From Geminicoccus sp. (GTDB lineage: Bacteria > Pseudomonadota > Alphaproteobacteria > UBA7985): a DNA stretch of 64,000 nucleotides. A model generated the notes under the pieces. That model was given only the letters and a program-made list of their open reading frames with translations. It ran no database searches and was not told where the DNA came from. The position numbers were made by a program, and so were the translations under genes. The DNA lies in the NCBI GenBank assembly GCA_002708995.1, contig PAPT01000032.1:100039-164038 (forward strand), given 5' to 3'. Position 1 is the first letter of the stretch. Each line of letters starts with the position of its first letter. This document shows, in pieces, positions 18,394 through 29,833 of this stretch.

Positions 18394-19755
18394 ATGGCAG
18401 CAGAACGCAAACTCTTCATCGGTCACAAGCTACGCCGCCTCCGCCGCGAGGAAGGCGTGACACAGGCCCAGATGGCCCACGATCTGGGAATTTCGGCCGC
18501 TTATCTGAACCTGATCGAGCACAACCAGCGACCGATCACCGTGAACGTTCTGCTGCGGCTGGGCGACGCCTTCGGGGTCAATATTCAGGAATTCGCCCTC
18601 GATGACAGCGACGCCCAGTCCGGCCGTCTGCGCGAGGTGCTGTCCGACCCCCTGTTCGCGAAACTGGATCTGACGCGGCAGGACCTGCGGGAGGCGGTCG
18701 AGCGCGTGCCCATGGTCGCCGAAGCCCTGCAGCTGCTCTACGCGCGTTTTCAGGCTGGCAGTTCAGGCCAGCCCGACGCCGCCACCGTCCCCGGCACGCT
18801 AATCGGGCGGCCGAGCGAGGTCGATGAACTGCTCGACGCGCTCGAAGACCGCCACAACCACTTTCCCCAGTTGGAAACAGCTGCCGAAGCCCTATCCAGC
18901 GAAGCCGGTTTGCGGCAGAGCCACCTCGAAGCCGACCTCAGCCGCCACCTTGCCGAGGCCCACGGCCACGTCGTCCGCACCATGCCGGCGCGCGTGATGG
19001 AGACTGCCGCCTTCCGCCACGACCTGCACGGCAAGCGACTGATCTTCAACGAGCTGGCGCCGCCGGAAAGCCGCGTCTTTGCACTAGGGCTGACCGTGGC
19101 TGAGCTCAGCTTGCGCGACGAGATGCTGGCGCTGGTCGAAGCCATGGGCATCCGGCAGCCCAGCAGCGCCGCGATGATGCTGACGGCCCTCAAGGGCTAC
19201 TTCGCCGCCGCCGTGATGATGCCCTACGCCCGCTTCTCGGAAGCTACGCTGGAAACCCGCCACGACCTCGACATTCTGCAGGCCCGCTTCGGCGCCAGTT
19301 TCGAGCAGGTTGCGCACCGGCTGACCTCACTACAGCGGCCGGGGACGCGCGCGGTTCCCTTTTTCATGCTGCGCATGGACGCGGCGGGCAACGTATCCAA
19401 GCGTTTCAGCGCCGGTGGGTTTTCAATCTCGCGTTACGGCGGTGCCTGCCCGGCTTGGTCGGTCGTCAACGCCGACCGGCACCCGGGCAACCTCGGCGTC
19501 GATAAGGTGCAACTGCCCGACGGGGGTACCTTTCTTTCGCTGGCCAAATCCATCCGCAAAGGCCTGCCGCAAGCGGGCCGAGCGCAGCGGCGCCTGACGG
19601 TGGTGTTGGGTTGTTCCTACGAGTTCGCCGAGCAGGTCATCTACGCCGATGGGCTCGACGCGCAGGAACCCGGCCCCATCGGCACCAACTGCCGCCTCTG
19701 CCCCCGGCCGCGATGCGAGCACCGCGCCTTTCCGGCCTCGACCACAATCCGCTAA
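18394..19755 (+). CDS. ramB: XRE/ScfR (short-chain fatty acyl-CoA regulator) family transcription factor, RamB-like
   Basis: N-terminal XRE HTH (LGISAAYLNLIEHNQRP), SFEQVAHRLTSLQRP, C-terminal CRLCPRPRCEHRAFP; divergent from aceA. Confidence 0.85.
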   Translation: MAAERKLFIGHKLRRLRREEGVTQAQMAHDLGISAAYLNLIEHNQRPITVNVLLRLGDAFGVNIQEFALDDSDAQSGRLREVLSDPLFAKLDLTRQDLREAVERVPMVAEALQLLYARFQAGSSGQPDAATVPGTLIGRPSEVDELLDALEDRHNHFPQLETAAEALSSEAGLRQSHLEADLSRHLAEAHGHVVRTMPARVMETAAFRHDLHGKRLIFNELAPPESRVFALGLTVAELSLRDEMLALVEAMGIRQPSSAAMMLTALKGYFAAAVMMPYARFSEATLETRHDLDILQARFGASFEQVAHRLTSLQRPGTRAVPFFMLRMDAAGNVSKRFSAGGFSISRYGGACPAWSVVNADRHPGNLGVDKVQLPDGGTFLSLAKSIRKGLPQAGRAQRRLTVVLGCSYEFAEQVIYADGLDAQEPGPIGTNCRLCPRPRCEHRAFPASTTIR

Positions 19756-19960
19756 ATTTCTGCATGTATGGAAACCGCGTCGCCCTCGGGGTGGCGCAGT
19801 CGCTTATGCAACAGCTTCGTGCACCGAAAGCCCGCATTGGGCGGGGCAGAACTCATCCTGCTGCCCGGTTCAACCGTGCTTTTAAACAGGCGTGTTCTGC
19901 GGTTCTCAACTGACGCCCTATCCCCACCACCACAGGGGGCGTCTTGCGGGAGTTGTGGTC

Positions 19961-20935
19961 ATGACAAGCACGGCTAGCGCAAACCGGCCGACCGTCCCCC
20001 TGCTGATGCTGCTGGGAGGACTGTTTTTGTTTTCCATTCAGGATGTGCTGATCTCCGATCTCACCAAGCGCTATCCCGTGCACGAAATCGTGTTTGTGCG
20101 CAGTCTGGTGAACATCTGGCCGTTGATCCTGCTCAGCTTTGCCTTTGATCAGGGCAAGAACATGCAGATCACCAAGTTCTGGCAGCTGTTCCTGCGCGGT
20201 GGCCTGCTGTCGCTGTCCTACACGGCTTACTATTTGGCACTGGCGGGGCTCGACTTTGCGCAGGCGACGTCGCTGTACTTTACCGCACCGCTGTTCATTA
20301 CTTTCCTCAGCTGGGTGACGACCCGGGTGCCGATCGGCTGGCGGCGCCTGACCGGGGTGATCATTGGTCTGGTCGGCGTGGTCTTTATTGTTAAGCCCGG
20401 GGTCGGCGATATCCCGCTGCTGCCCGCGCTGATGGCGGTCGCGTCGGCGTTTTTCTATGCCCTGTCAGCGCTCATGACCAACTGGCTCGGCCGGACCGAA
20501 TCAACGACCGTGCAGTCCGTAACCTTTGTGATCATGAACCTGATCATCGGGGCGTTGTTCTGGGCGATCTTCGGTGAGGGCTGGGCGGTCGATCACGCGC
20601 CCGAAGGCCTCGAAGTGCTGCTCAAGGCCTGGGTCTGGCCGACCCGGACAGACGTGCTGATCATGGTCGGGATCGGGCTGGGCTCGGCCATTGGCTTCAT
20701 CATGCTGACCGCGGCCTACCGCAATCTCGAACCCTCCTTTGCGGCGCCGTTCGAGTACTGCCTGCTGGGCTATAACCTGCTGTGGGGTCTGCTGCTGTTC
20801 CGGCAGGTGCCTGATGCCCTGACGCTGGTCGGGATTGCCATCATCGTCAGCTCCGGCTTGTTCGTGCTCTACCGCGAGGGTGAGCGTCGTCAGTCGCTGG
20901 TGCAGCGCCTGTTCCGCCCTCGGCGGGTCAGATAA
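19961..20935 (+). CDS. DMT/EamA family transporter
   Basis: About ten TMs, FTAPLF, GWRR, APFEY motifs. Confidence 0.88.
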   Translation: MTSTASANRPTVPLLMLLGGLFLFSIQDVLISDLTKRYPVHEIVFVRSLVNIWPLILLSFAFDQGKNMQITKFWQLFLRGGLLSLSYTAYYLALAGLDFAQATSLYFTAPLFITFLSWVTTRVPIGWRRLTGVIIGLVGVVFIVKPGVGDIPLLPALMAVASAFFYALSALMTNWLGRTESTTVQSVTFVIMNLIIGALFWAIFGEGWAVDHAPEGLEVLLKAWVWPTRTDVLIMVGIGLGSAIGFIMLTAAYRNLEPSFAAPFEYCLLGYNLLWGLLLFRQVPDALTLVGIAIIVSSGLFVLYREGERRQSLVQRLFRPRRVR

Positions 20936-21037
20936 GCCCCGACGGCGCTTGGCAAGTGTGGTTGCTCTGGCCTATCGCTAACCGCAGGTCGCTCGTCCCG
21001 GGCGGCCTGCCGCCGGTTGTGGCCCGAGGACAGTGCC

Positions 21038-21877
21038 GTGTTTCTTGATATCCCGCTCTCTGACATTCTGTTTTTCGCCGCTGTTCTGACCGGCGGTGCC
21101 GTGGTGGCAGGCTTCATCGCCGGGCTGTTCGGGGTCGGCGGCGGGATCGTCATGGTGCCGATCCTGACCGAGTTGTTCGGCCTTGGCCTGCGCGGCTCCG
21201 ACCCAATCCACGCCCAGCACATTGCTGTGGGCACGTCGCTGGCCATCATCATCCCGACCTCGCTGGTCTCGGCCCGCACCCACTATCGATCGGGTAAGAT
21301 CGAGATGGGACTGCTGCGCCAGTACCTGCCCTTTGTCGTCATTGGCGTGATCGGTGGTCTCGGGCTGGCGCGGGTGCTCGACGCCAGCGGTCTGATGCTG
21401 GTGTTCGGCGTGATCGCGCTGGTGGTCGGCCTGTATCAGTTCTTCGCCTCGCCCGATCTGACCCTGCGCTCGACGCTGCCCGGGGCCCCGGCGCCGCAGG
21501 CCGCGGGTCTGTTCATCGGCAGCACCTCGACGCTGATGGGCATTGGCGGGGGTGTGACCAACAACGTGTTCATGTCGCTCTGCGGGGTGGATATCAAGCG
21601 GGCGATTGCGACCTCGGCCGGGGTGGGGGTGATCATTTCGATCCCGGCGACGGGAGGCTTCATGACCATCGGCTGGACCAAGGACGGCTTGCCGCCGCTG
21701 TCGCTGGGCTACGTCAATCTGATCGCACTGGCGCTGATGATTCCCTTCACCATCTACATGGCGCCGATTGGCGCGCGGCTGACCCACCGCCTCGACGGTC
21801 GGCTGACCAAACGGCTGTTCAGCCTGTTCCTGACCGTCGTCGCGCTGCGCACGCTCTGGAAGGCTTTCGCCGCCTGA
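21038..21877 (+). CDS. TauE/SafE (TSUP) family sulfite exporter-like membrane protein
   Basis: GFIAGLFGVGGGIVMVP, AVGTSLA, LMGIGGG. Confidence 0.88.
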   Translation: MFLDIPLSDILFFAAVLTGGAVVAGFIAGLFGVGGGIVMVPILTELFGLGLRGSDPIHAQHIAVGTSLAIIIPTSLVSARTHYRSGKIEMGLLRQYLPFVVIGVIGGLGLARVLDASGLMLVFGVIALVVGLYQFFASPDLTLRSTLPGAPAPQAAGLFIGSTSTLMGIGGGVTNNVFMSLCGVDIKRAIATSAGVGVIISIPATGGFMTIGWTKDGLPPLSLGYVNLIALALMIPFTIYMAPIGARLTHRLDGRLTKRLFSLFLTVVALRTLWKAFAA

Positions 21878-21965
21878 ACCAGATTACGGTGCATTTTTGG
21901 CCCTCCGCCTTGCTTTTTCGCGGGAAAATCTGCGACTATCAGCGAAAAAACAGGGAGACGATGGG

Positions 21966-22427
21966 ATGTTAGCCGAACTGGACAGCATCGACCGCGCGAT
22001 TCTGACGGCTTTGCAGCGCGACAGCCGGATGTCGATGGCGGAACTGGGCGAGCGCGTCGGGCTGTCGTCATCGGCCTGTCATCGCCGGGTGCTGCAGCTG
22101 CAGAAGGCCGGGGTGATCGAGGGCTACGCCGCCCGGCTCAGCCCAAAGATGCTCGGGCTGGACCTGCACTTTATCGTCGATGTCTCGCTGGTCTCGCAGG
22201 CCGAGGAAGACCTCGAGGCTTTCGAACGCGCGGCGCGGGACAACTCGTCGGTGCTGGAATGCTATCTTATGGCCGGGCAGGCCGACTATTCGCTGCGCGT
22301 CTCGGCCCGCGATACCAGTCACTATGAAGAAGTCCATCGGCAGATCGCCCACATGCCGGGCGTCACCCAGATCGAGTCCAAGCTGATCCTGCGCGGGGTA
22401 AAGAAGTGGATGGGCTACAAGGTCTGA
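21966..22427 (+). CDS. Lrp/AsnC family transcriptional regulator
   Basis: LDSIDRAILTALQRDSR...VGLSSSACHRRV, ECYLMAGQADY. Confidence 0.92.
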   Translation: MLAELDSIDRAILTALQRDSRMSMAELGERVGLSSSACHRRVLQLQKAGVIEGYAARLSPKMLGLDLHFIVDVSLVSQAEEDLEAFERAARDNSSVLECYLMAGQADYSLRVSARDTSHYEEVHRQIAHMPGVTQIESKLILRGVKKWMGYKV

Positions 22428-22460
22428 TCCGACCCTGCAGCCCACCGCCAACCGATCACT

Positions 22461-22802
22461 TTAGAGCGAGGTGTCATCGTAGAAGAAGAGCGAGCCGTTC
22501 CAAGTCTGGGTCATCTCTTCATCACCGACAAAGTACGTTGAGGTTCCGGCCTGACTGATACCGACCAGCAGTTCGTCGGCCCCGATGTTGCCCTCATCGC
22601 GGGACGATTCCTCGATTTCACCCGGGATAACCAGCAGCTCGGCAGCGCCAGGCACCGGCTCGGTCGTGTACATCTGGGGCAGGACCTGCGGGTTGGTCGG
22701 ATCAACGTAGAAGAAGCGGATGATCGGGGTCTGGTCGAGCACGGCCAGTTCCAAATCGGCGTCGCCGTCAAAGTTGCCGGATTCAATCTGGCTGGCTTTG
22801 AT
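22461..22802 (-). pseudogene. Probable C-terminal remnant of an FG-GAP/VCBS repeat protein
   Basis: Frame reads IKASQIESGNFDGDADLELAVLDQ...GNIGADELLVGIS...SL*. No ATG/GTG/TTG lies upstream of the FG-GAP motif before an in-frame stop near 22875. Confidence 0.5.
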
Positions 22803-22974
22803 AAGGCCGCAAATTTTTCTCGAGACCCAAAATGCCCTTGGGCAAGTCAGTACAGTCAGGCGCGTTATCGCGATTCATGATCGCGACTCATGGCTACCAA
22901 AAAGGGGTGAACAGGGGGTGCAGGCCCGACCACCGGCAGGCTTGCGGTAGTGACTGGCAAACAGCAGGGGGAGA

Positions 22975-24477
22975 TCAGCGGTTGGCCGGTACCCAGACAC
23001 GATCTTCACCGCGTCCGATCCAGCCGCCTTCTTCAGGCGCGAGCCGGGTTTCGGTGCGGGTGATGGTGGTCGTGGTGTAGGTCGACGTGGCGGTCGGTGC
23101 TGCAACCGTCGCGCTCTGGCCGCTGCTGGCGACGACGTTGCCGGTCGCTGCGGTCACGTTCCGCTGGTAGAGACTGGTCGGGGCGTCTTCGATCAGCTCT
23201 AGACCGAGGTTGCTGATCCGCTTGATGGCCATGCCGCGCTCAACGCGCTTATCCGGGCGCAGGGCAAAGGGGCCGTCAATGCCGCTGAAGCCCTGTGGCC
23301 GCTCCAGCTCATTGGCGAGGTAGCGCGTCATCGGCATGCGCCCGGCGATATTCAGGGCCATGCTCATACCGTCATAGGCGACCGATGACAGCGGATGCGG
23401 ATCTTTGCTATAAGCGACCTGATAGTCCCGCTGGAAGGAACTAAAGCGGGCTTCGGCGGGAGAGGCGTAGATGGCGCCTACCAGCGCCTGCTCGGAAATC
23501 AGGTCGTTCGCCTGCTGGTCCCAGATCGGCACCCCGAGGAACCGGACCCGGCGCGGGTCGACACCGTAGAAGTAGAGTAGCGAGGCCATATCGCCGGCTT
23601 CCTGCGTGTCGGGCAGGTAGATGGCATCGAACATATCGGCCTGCTCACCGACCTTTTGCGCCACGGCTGTCCGCCGGGAGCGGTCGCCTGCGTTGGCGGG
23701 GTAAGTCTCGGTCAGAACGACGTTGGTGCCGAGGAACCGCGCTAGTCCATTGGCGGCATCTGCTGCGGCCAGCCCGTAGGTGTCAGCCGGGGCGACCACG
23801 GCAATGCGCCGGTGTCCCTGCTGCGCGGCATAGCTCAGCACGCGCTTGGTCACGGCTTCGGGGGTGATGCCCATGACGTAGGCGTTGCTGCTGACCCGGG
23901 TGATATCGTTGCTGAAGCTGACAACGTTGACGCCTCGGCCGGCGGCAACCCGCGCCACGGTTGGCAGCGCGTCGCCGCGCAGAGGGCCGAGGATTAGGGT
24001 CGCGCCTTCGGAAACTGCCTGCCGGGCCGCGGAAAGCGCGCCGGGCGTAGTTGATTGTGTGTCGTAGAGACGGGCTTCAAAGGTGCCGGGGATACCCGCG
24101 TCCTTGATGGCGAGGTCGACCCCGTTCTTCATGGCGGTGCCGATGGAGGCTAGCTCGCCGGTAACCGGAAGCAGGAGGGCGATCCGCGGTGTCGAAGACT
24201 GCGCCGCCTGCTGAACATTGGCAGCGACGACCGACTCGCTGGGGTCAACCAGCACCCCGTCGGGTGTCAGCACGCGCAGACCCGAGGGGGTCATGATGGT
24301 GCGGTATTCGGTCTGCTCTTCAACGACAGCAACCCGCTCCCCGCCATCGGCCGTGACATAGGTCGAAGTGACACAGCCAGACAGCAGCAGACCAGCCACG
24401 AGCACGCTGCCGCTTGCCAGAGCATGCCGACACTGCTTGAAGATGTTGTCTAACCGATGCGCCAAAACGCCTACCAT
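22975..24477 (-). CDS. Penicillin-binding protein activator LpoA/LppC-like lipoprotein
   Basis: Lipobox LLLSGC, IALLLPVTG, LILGPL, AYDG, GFSGIDGPF; Thr-rich tail. Confidence 0.82.
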   Translation of the reverse strand: MVGVLAHRLDNIFKQCRHALASGSVLVAGLLLSGCVTSTYVTADGGERVAVVEEQTEYRTIMTPSGLRVLTPDGVLVDPSESVVAANVQQAAQSSTPRIALLLPVTGELASIGTAMKNGVDLAIKDAGIPGTFEARLYDTQSTTPGALSAARQAVSEGATLILGPLRGDALPTVARVAAGRGVNVVSFSNDITRVSSNAYVMGITPEAVTKRVLSYAAQQGHRRIAVVAPADTYGLAAADAANGLARFLGTNVVLTETYPANAGDRSRRTAVAQKVGEQADMFDAIYLPDTQEAGDMASLLYFYGVDPRRVRFLGVPIWDQQANDLISEQALVGAIYASPAEARFSSFQRDYQVAYSKDPHPLSSVAYDGMSMALNIAGRMPMTRYLANELERPQGFSGIDGPFALRPDKRVERGMAIKRISNLGLELIEDAPTSLYQRNVTAATGNVVASSGQSATVAAPTATSTYTTTTITRTETRLAPEEGGWIGRGEDRVWVPANR

Positions 24478-24722
24478 AACCCTGTTCTCGTCGTTCCTTG
24501 CGCTCTGCTACCTATACGCATCGATCGCTCGGTATATCCCGGCATTTTGCTCTGAAAACGATAAAAACAGACGAGAAGTTCGCCTATTTGTCCCACTTTA
24601 GTCGCTTACGCGTCTCGATGAAACTCTGGAATCAAGCCGAAGGCACTTTATACGCCCAAGTCACCCAGGTTTGAATTCATCTACCCACAATCAAGCGAAA
24701 AAGAGCCTCAGGAGTGTAAAAT

Positions 24723-25832
24723 ATGTCGTCAATCAGGCCCTGGCGGGACATTGAGCGGCGAACGACTCGGAAAATCATGGTAGGCTCGGTATCGGTCGGG
24801 GGCGATTCTCCCATTTCCGTGCAATCCATGACCAACACACCGACCCCTGACGTGCAGGCAACCATCGCCCAGATCAGGTCGCTTGAGGATGCCGGTGCGG
24901 ATATTGTCCGGGTTTCCTGTCCGGATGAGGAATCGACCGCCAATTTTGATCAGATCGTCAAAGCGGTTTCGGTTCCGCTGGTCGCCGACATCCACTTTCA
25001 CTACCGCCGCGCGCTTGAAGCGGCCGACAAGGGCGCAGCCTGCCTGCGCATCAACCCCGGTAACATCGGCAGCAAGCAGCGGGTGATGGAGGTCGCGCAG
25101 GCGGCCAAGGCCAACGGTTGTTCGATCCGCATCGGTGTCAACGGCGGTTCGCTCGAACGCTCCCTGCTGGAGAAGTACGGCGAACCTTGCCCCGAGGCGC
25201 TGGTTGAAAGCGCGCTCAACTCCATCAAGCTGCTCGAAGACTGCGACTTCCACGAGATCAAGATTTCGGTGAAAGCCAGTGACGTCTTCCTCGCCGTCGC
25301 CGCCTATGCGGGGCTGGCCGAGGCCTGTAACTACCCCTTTCACCTTGGTATCACTGAGGCCGGACCGGCGCGGCTGGGTACGGTGAAAAGCGCGATCGGG
25401 TTGGGCAACCTGCTGTGGTCGGGGATCGGTGACACCATCCGCGTCAGCCTGTCTGCCGACCCGGTGGAAGAGGTGCACGTCGGCTTCGACCTGCTCAAAT
25501 CGCTGGGCCTGCGCCATCGCGGGGTGAACATCATCGCCTGCCCGTCGTGTGCGCGGCAGGGCTTCGACGTCATCGACGTGGTGCAGCAGATCGAGCAGCG
25601 GGTCGCCCATATCAGCACACCCATGGACGTTTCGGTGCTCGGCTGCGTGGTCAACGGACCCGGTGAGGCCGCGCAGACGGTGCTGGGCCTGACCGGCGGT
25701 GGCAACGGACGGCACAAGGTCTACGTCGGCGGCGCCCCGGATCACAACGTCAGCAGCGAAGATATGGTTGATCATTTCGTGCGACTGATCGAAACAGAGG
25801 CAGAAAAGATTGAGGCTTCGCAAGCGCCGTGA
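24723..25832 (+). CDS. ispG: HMBPP synthase (flavodoxin-dependent) IspG
   Basis: [37 protein letters not shown]. Confidence 0.97.
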   Translation: MSSIRPWRDIERRTTRKIMVGSVSVGGDSPISVQSMTNTPTPDVQATIAQIRSLEDAGADIVRVSCPDEESTANFDQIVKAVSVPLVADIHFHYRRALEAADKGAACLRINPGNIGSKQRVMEVAQAAKANGCSIRIGVNGGSLERSLLEKYGEPCPEALVESALNSIKLLEDCDFHEIKISVKASDVFLAVAAYAGLAEACNYPFHLGITEAGPARLGTVKSAIGLGNLLWSGIGDTIRVSLSADPVEEVHVGFDLLKSLGLRHRGVNIIACPSCARQGFDVIDVVQQIEQRVAHISTPMDVSVLGCVVNGPGEAAQTVLGLTGGGNGRHKVYVGGAPDHNVSSEDMVDHFVRLIETEAEKIEASQAP

Positions 25833-26797
25833 AATGGATCCCCTCCGTTCCGCTTGAAACCCTTCGCGGGTGGGAACGCGCCTACAGTGACGTGGTTTTT
25901 GCCATCGGCAATTTTGACGGTGTCCACCTGGGGCATCAGGCCCTGCTGCGGGCTGCGCGTGAGCGGGCGGACGAGCTGGGCTGCCGGTCGGGTGTTCTGA
26001 CCTTTGCCCCGCACCCGCGCCGCTACTTCGCCGGGCCGGAAACCAAGCCCTTCCTGCTGACCCGGGGGGTCGACGAGCGCGCCGCGCTGCTGGAAGCCAC
26101 GGGGCAGGCCGATGTCATGTTGGAGCTGCAGTTCGACCTCGAGCTCTCCAGCGTGCAGGCCGAAGACTTCGCGCAGGAGATCCTCGCCCGCTATATCGGG
26201 ATCAAGCACATCCTCGCCGGGCCGGATTTCCGCTTCGGCAACCGCCGCGGCGGCGACATGCTGCAACTGGGCCGCTGGGGGCAGGAGCTGAGCTTCGGCG
26301 TTTCCGCCGTGCCGCTGCGCCACGACGATGCCGAGGGCGGGGTGATTTCCTCATCCCGGGTGCGACAGGCGCTGGTCGATGGCGATATCGAGACCGCAAA
26401 CCGCCTGCTGGGTCGTCCCTGGAGCGCCGGTGGAACCGTCGAGCGCGGGGACCAGATCGGCCGCACCATGGGTTTTCCGACGGCGAACCTGAACTGGCCT
26501 GCGCTGCAGCTGCGACCGCAATACGGGGTCTACGCCGGCTGGGCGGCGATCGACGGCGCTGACGAGGGGCTGCCCGCTGTCTCCTACCTCGGCACCCGAC
26601 CGACGGTGGACGGGGTTGAAGAACGTTTTGAAGTGCACTTGCTCGACTGGTCGGGCGACATCTACGGCGCGGAGGTGAAGTTCTGGTTCCAGTCCTTCAT
26701 TCACCCGGATCTCGAATTCAAGGGGCTGGACGCGCTCAAGGTCCAGATCCAGCAGGACTGCGACGAGGCCCGCCGCCGCCTCGCAGCTGCGGCCTGA
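25829..26797 (+). CDS. ribF: Bifunctional riboflavin kinase/FAD synthetase
   Basis: [39 protein letters not shown]. Confidence 0.96.
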   Translation: MKWIPSVPLETLRGWERAYSDVVFAIGNFDGVHLGHQALLRAARERADELGCRSGVLTFAPHPRRYFAGPETKPFLLTRGVDERAALLEATGQADVMLELQFDLELSSVQAEDFAQEILARYIGIKHILAGPDFRFGNRRGGDMLQLGRWGQELSFGVSAVPLRHDDAEGGVISSSRVRQALVDGDIETANRLLGRPWSAGGTVERGDQIGRTMGFPTANLNWPALQLRPQYGVYAGWAAIDGADEGLPAVSYLGTRPTVDGVEERFEVHLLDWSGDIYGAEVKFWFQSFIHPDLEFKGLDALKVQIQQDCDEARRRLAAAA

Positions 26798-26941
26798 ACG
26801 GACCCTGATGACGGTAGCGCGAGTATCCGCCTTGCACGTCTCACACTCGCGTTTGCTGCCCTTGGGCTGTATGCCTGTGATTGAAAACCCGCCGTTATGA
26901 CTGAGCAAAACACCACAGAGTTGTCCGAGTAAACTGGTCCC

Positions 26942-29830
26942 ATGAGCGAAAACGAACGCAACCGCGATTTCCGAGACACGGTCACCACCCCGGAGACGGC
27001 CTTTCCCATGCGCGGCAACCTGCCCACCCGCGAACCGGAGTGGCTGGCGCACTGGGAGAAAAAGGACCTCTTCAACCGCCTGCGGGAAGAGTCGGCCGGA
27101 CGGCCCAAGTTCGTGCTCCACGACGGCCCGCCCTACGCCAACGGCAACCTCCACATCGGCCACGCGCTCAACAAGATCCTGAAAGACGTCATCAACCGCA
27201 GCCATCAGATGCTGGGCAAGGATGCCCACTACGTGCCCGGCTGGGACTGTCACGGCCTGCCGATCGAGTGGAAGATCGAAGAGCAGTACCGCGAGCGCGG
27301 GCAGGACAAGGACGAGGTCGACGTCGTTGAATTCCGTCGTGAATGCCGCGACTTTGCCCAGGGCTGGGTCGAAGAACAGACCCGGCAGTTCAAGCGCCTT
27401 GGGGTGCTAGGCAACTGGAATCAGCCCTACCTGACCATGCACTACGACGCCGAAGCGCAGATCGTCCGTGAGCTGGGCAAATTCCTGCTCGACGGTCAGC
27501 TGTACAAGGGCAACAAGCCGGTGCTCTGGTCCGTGGTGGAGAAAACCGCGCTGGCCGACGCCGAGGTCGAATACTACCCGCACAAGTCAGTGACCATCTG
27601 GGTCAAGTTCCCGGTAAAATCCGCGCCTCAGCCGGAGCTGCTCGGGGCGAGTGCGGTAATCTGGACCACCACCACCTGGACCATCCCCGGCAACCGCGCC
27701 ATGGCGTTCCACGACGATATTGCCTATGGCGTCTACCGCGTCGATGCCGTCGCCGAAGGTTCGCTGGCGCAGGTCGGTGAACGCCTGATCATCGCCGATG
27801 AAACCGCTGAAGCGACCGCCGCCTCGGCCAAGATCGAAGCCTGGACCCGTGAAGACCTGAAGGTGGATCTGACCGGCGTTGTCGCCGTCCACCCGCTGGC
27901 TGAGCAGGGCTTCGACCACGAAGTTCCCATGTTCCATGGCGACTACGTAACCACGGAGCAGGGGACGGGACTGGTCCACATCGCACCGGGGCACGGTTTT
28001 GATGACTGGCAGCTGGCGACGGTCCAGCACGGGGTCGAAGTGCCGATGACGGTGGCTGAAGACGGCGCCTTCTATGACCACGTGCCGCTGTTCAGTGGCC
28101 TAACGGTGTATGACCAGAAGGGCAAGGACGGCACCGCGCTTGGCCCGATCCTGCGCGCGCTAATCGAGGCTGGTGGCCTGCTCGCCAAGGGCAAGCTGGA
28201 GCACTCCTATCCCCATTCGTGGCGGTCCAAGGCGCCGCTGATCTTCCGCAACACCGCCCAGTGGTTCATCTCGATGGAAGAGAAGGGCCTACGCGCCGGT
28301 GCACTCAAGGCGCTGGGCGACACCAGCTTCGTACCGGAGCAGGGTCGCAACCGCATCACGTCGATGATCGAGAGCCGCCCGGACTGGTGCGTATCCCGAC
28401 AGCGTGTCTGGGGCGTGCCGCTCCCGATTTTCGTGCGCAAATCCGACGGCCAGCCGCTGCGTGACCCCAAGGTTATCGAACGCATCGCCGAGGCCTATGA
28501 GCTGGAAGGCGGCGATGCCTGGTTTAACAGCCCGCCGTCACGCTTCTTCGGGAATGACTACGACCCGGACGATTTTGAGCAGGGCCGCGACGTGGTCGAG
28601 GTCTGGTTCGACAGCGGCGCCACCCATAGCTTTGTGCTGGAAAAGCGCCCGGAGCTGAAGTGGCCGGCCGACCTGTATCTCGAAGGCTCAGACCAGCACC
28701 GTGGCTGGTTCCATTCCTCGCTACTGGTCGGGGTCGGCACCCGTGGCCGCGCACCCTATGACGCCATTCTCACCCACGGCTTCGTGCTCGATGAGAAGGG
28801 CAACAAGATGTCCAAGTCGCTGGGCAATGTCACCGCGCCCGACGACGTCGCCAAGGATTTCGGCATCGATATCCTGCGCCTGTGGGTGGTGGCGTCGGAC
28901 TACAGCGATGACCTGCGCATCGGCCCGGCGATCCTCAAGCATTCGGCCGACGCCTACCGCCGCTTCCGCAATTCGCTGCGCTTCATCCTCGGCAATCTCG
29001 GTGATTTCCAACCCTCGCAGGCCGTTGCCTATGACGACCTGCCCGAGCTGGAACGCTGGGTGCTGCACCGGTTGAGCGAGCTGGACGCGCTGGTACGGAC
29101 TTCGGCGGAGGCCTACGACTTCCACCGGCTGTATACCGAGCTGCACAACTTCTGCGCCGTCGACCTGTCCGCGCTCTACTTCGATATCCGAAAGGATGCG
29201 CTCTACTGCGACGCGCCCGACAGCCTGCGCGCTCGCGCAGCCCGGACCGTGCTGGCCGAGTGCTTCTCGTGCCTGACCGCGTGGCTGGCGCCGATCCTGT
29301 GCTTCACCGCCGAAGAAGCCTGGCTGACCAGGCGCGAGGACGAAGCCGAGCTGCCTGAGAAGCTGGTCAATACCGACTCAGTCCACCTGCGCGTGATCCC
29401 CGAAATCCCGGCGCAGTGGTCGAACGCAGGCCTCGCCGACAAGTGGGCCGACGTTTTCGCGGTCCGCCGGGTGATCACCACCGCGCTGGAACCGTTACGG
29501 CAGGAAAAGACCATCGGTTCGAGCCTGCAGGCCGCGCCGCGTGTGTTCCTGTCCGCCGACAAGGCCGCCGCGCTGGCTGATGTCGACTTTACCGAAGTGG
29601 CCATCGTCTCCGGCGTCACGATCGAGACCGGCGAGGGACCGGCAGACGCCGTACGGGTCGAGGACATCGCCGGGGTTGCGGTGACGCCGCAGCTGGCGGC
29701 TGGTGAGAAATGCCAGCGCTGCTGGCAGGTTCTGCCGGAAGTCAGCGCTCACCCCGATCACCTATGCGCGCGCTGTGAAGTTGCAGTGCCCGGGGCAGTG
29801 TCCGGGTCAGTGTCTGGGGCAGGGGTCTAA
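26942..29830 (+). CDS. ileS: Isoleucine--tRNA ligase
   Basis: HDGPPYANGNLHIGH, KMSKS, C-terminal zinc finger CQRCW...CARC. Confidence 0.98.
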   Translation: MSENERNRDFRDTVTTPETAFPMRGNLPTREPEWLAHWEKKDLFNRLREESAGRPKFVLHDGPPYANGNLHIGHALNKILKDVINRSHQMLGKDAHYVPGWDCHGLPIEWKIEEQYRERGQDKDEVDVVEFRRECRDFAQGWVEEQTRQFKRLGVLGNWNQPYLTMHYDAEAQIVRELGKFLLDGQLYKGNKPVLWSVVEKTALADAEVEYYPHKSVTIWVKFPVKSAPQPELLGASAVIWTTTTWTIPGNRAMAFHDDIAYGVYRVDAVAEGSLAQVGERLIIADETAEATAASAKIEAWTREDLKVDLTGVVAVHPLAEQGFDHEVPMFHGDYVTTEQGTGLVHIAPGHGFDDWQLATVQHGVEVPMTVAEDGAFYDHVPLFSGLTVYDQKGKDGTALGPILRALIEAGGLLAKGKLEHSYPHSWRSKAPLIFRNTAQWFISMEEKGLRAGALKALGDTSFVPEQGRNRITSMIESRPDWCVSRQRVWGVPLPIFVRKSDGQPLRDPKVIERIAEAYELEGGDAWFNSPPSRFFGNDYDPDDFEQGRDVVEVWFDSGATHSFVLEKRPELKWPADLYLEGSDQHRGWFHSSLLVGVGTRGRAPYDAILTHGFVLDEKGNKMSKSLGNVTAPDDVAKDFGIDILRLWVVASDYSDDLRIGPAILKHSADAYRRFRNSLRFILGNLGDFQPSQAVAYDDLPELERWVLHRLSELDALVRTSAEAYDFHRLYTELHNFCAVDLSALYFDIRKDALYCDAPDSLRARAARTVLAECFSCLTAWLAPILCFTAEEAWLTRREDEAELPEKLVNTDSVHLRVIPEIPAQWSNAGLADKWADVFAVRRVITTALEPLRQEKTIGSSLQAAPRVFLSADKAAALADVDFTEVAIVSGVTIETGEGPADAVRVEDIAGVAVTPQLAAGEKCQRCWQVLPEVSAHPDHLCARCEVAVPGAVSGSVSGAGV

Positions 29831-29833
29831 CCC

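Noticed and set aside
29784..29822. Three degenerate 12-bp repeats (CAGTGYCYGGGK) at the ileS 3' end
   Set aside because: Real, but only adds a short AVPG/AVSG/SVSG tail; most likely neutral slippage.
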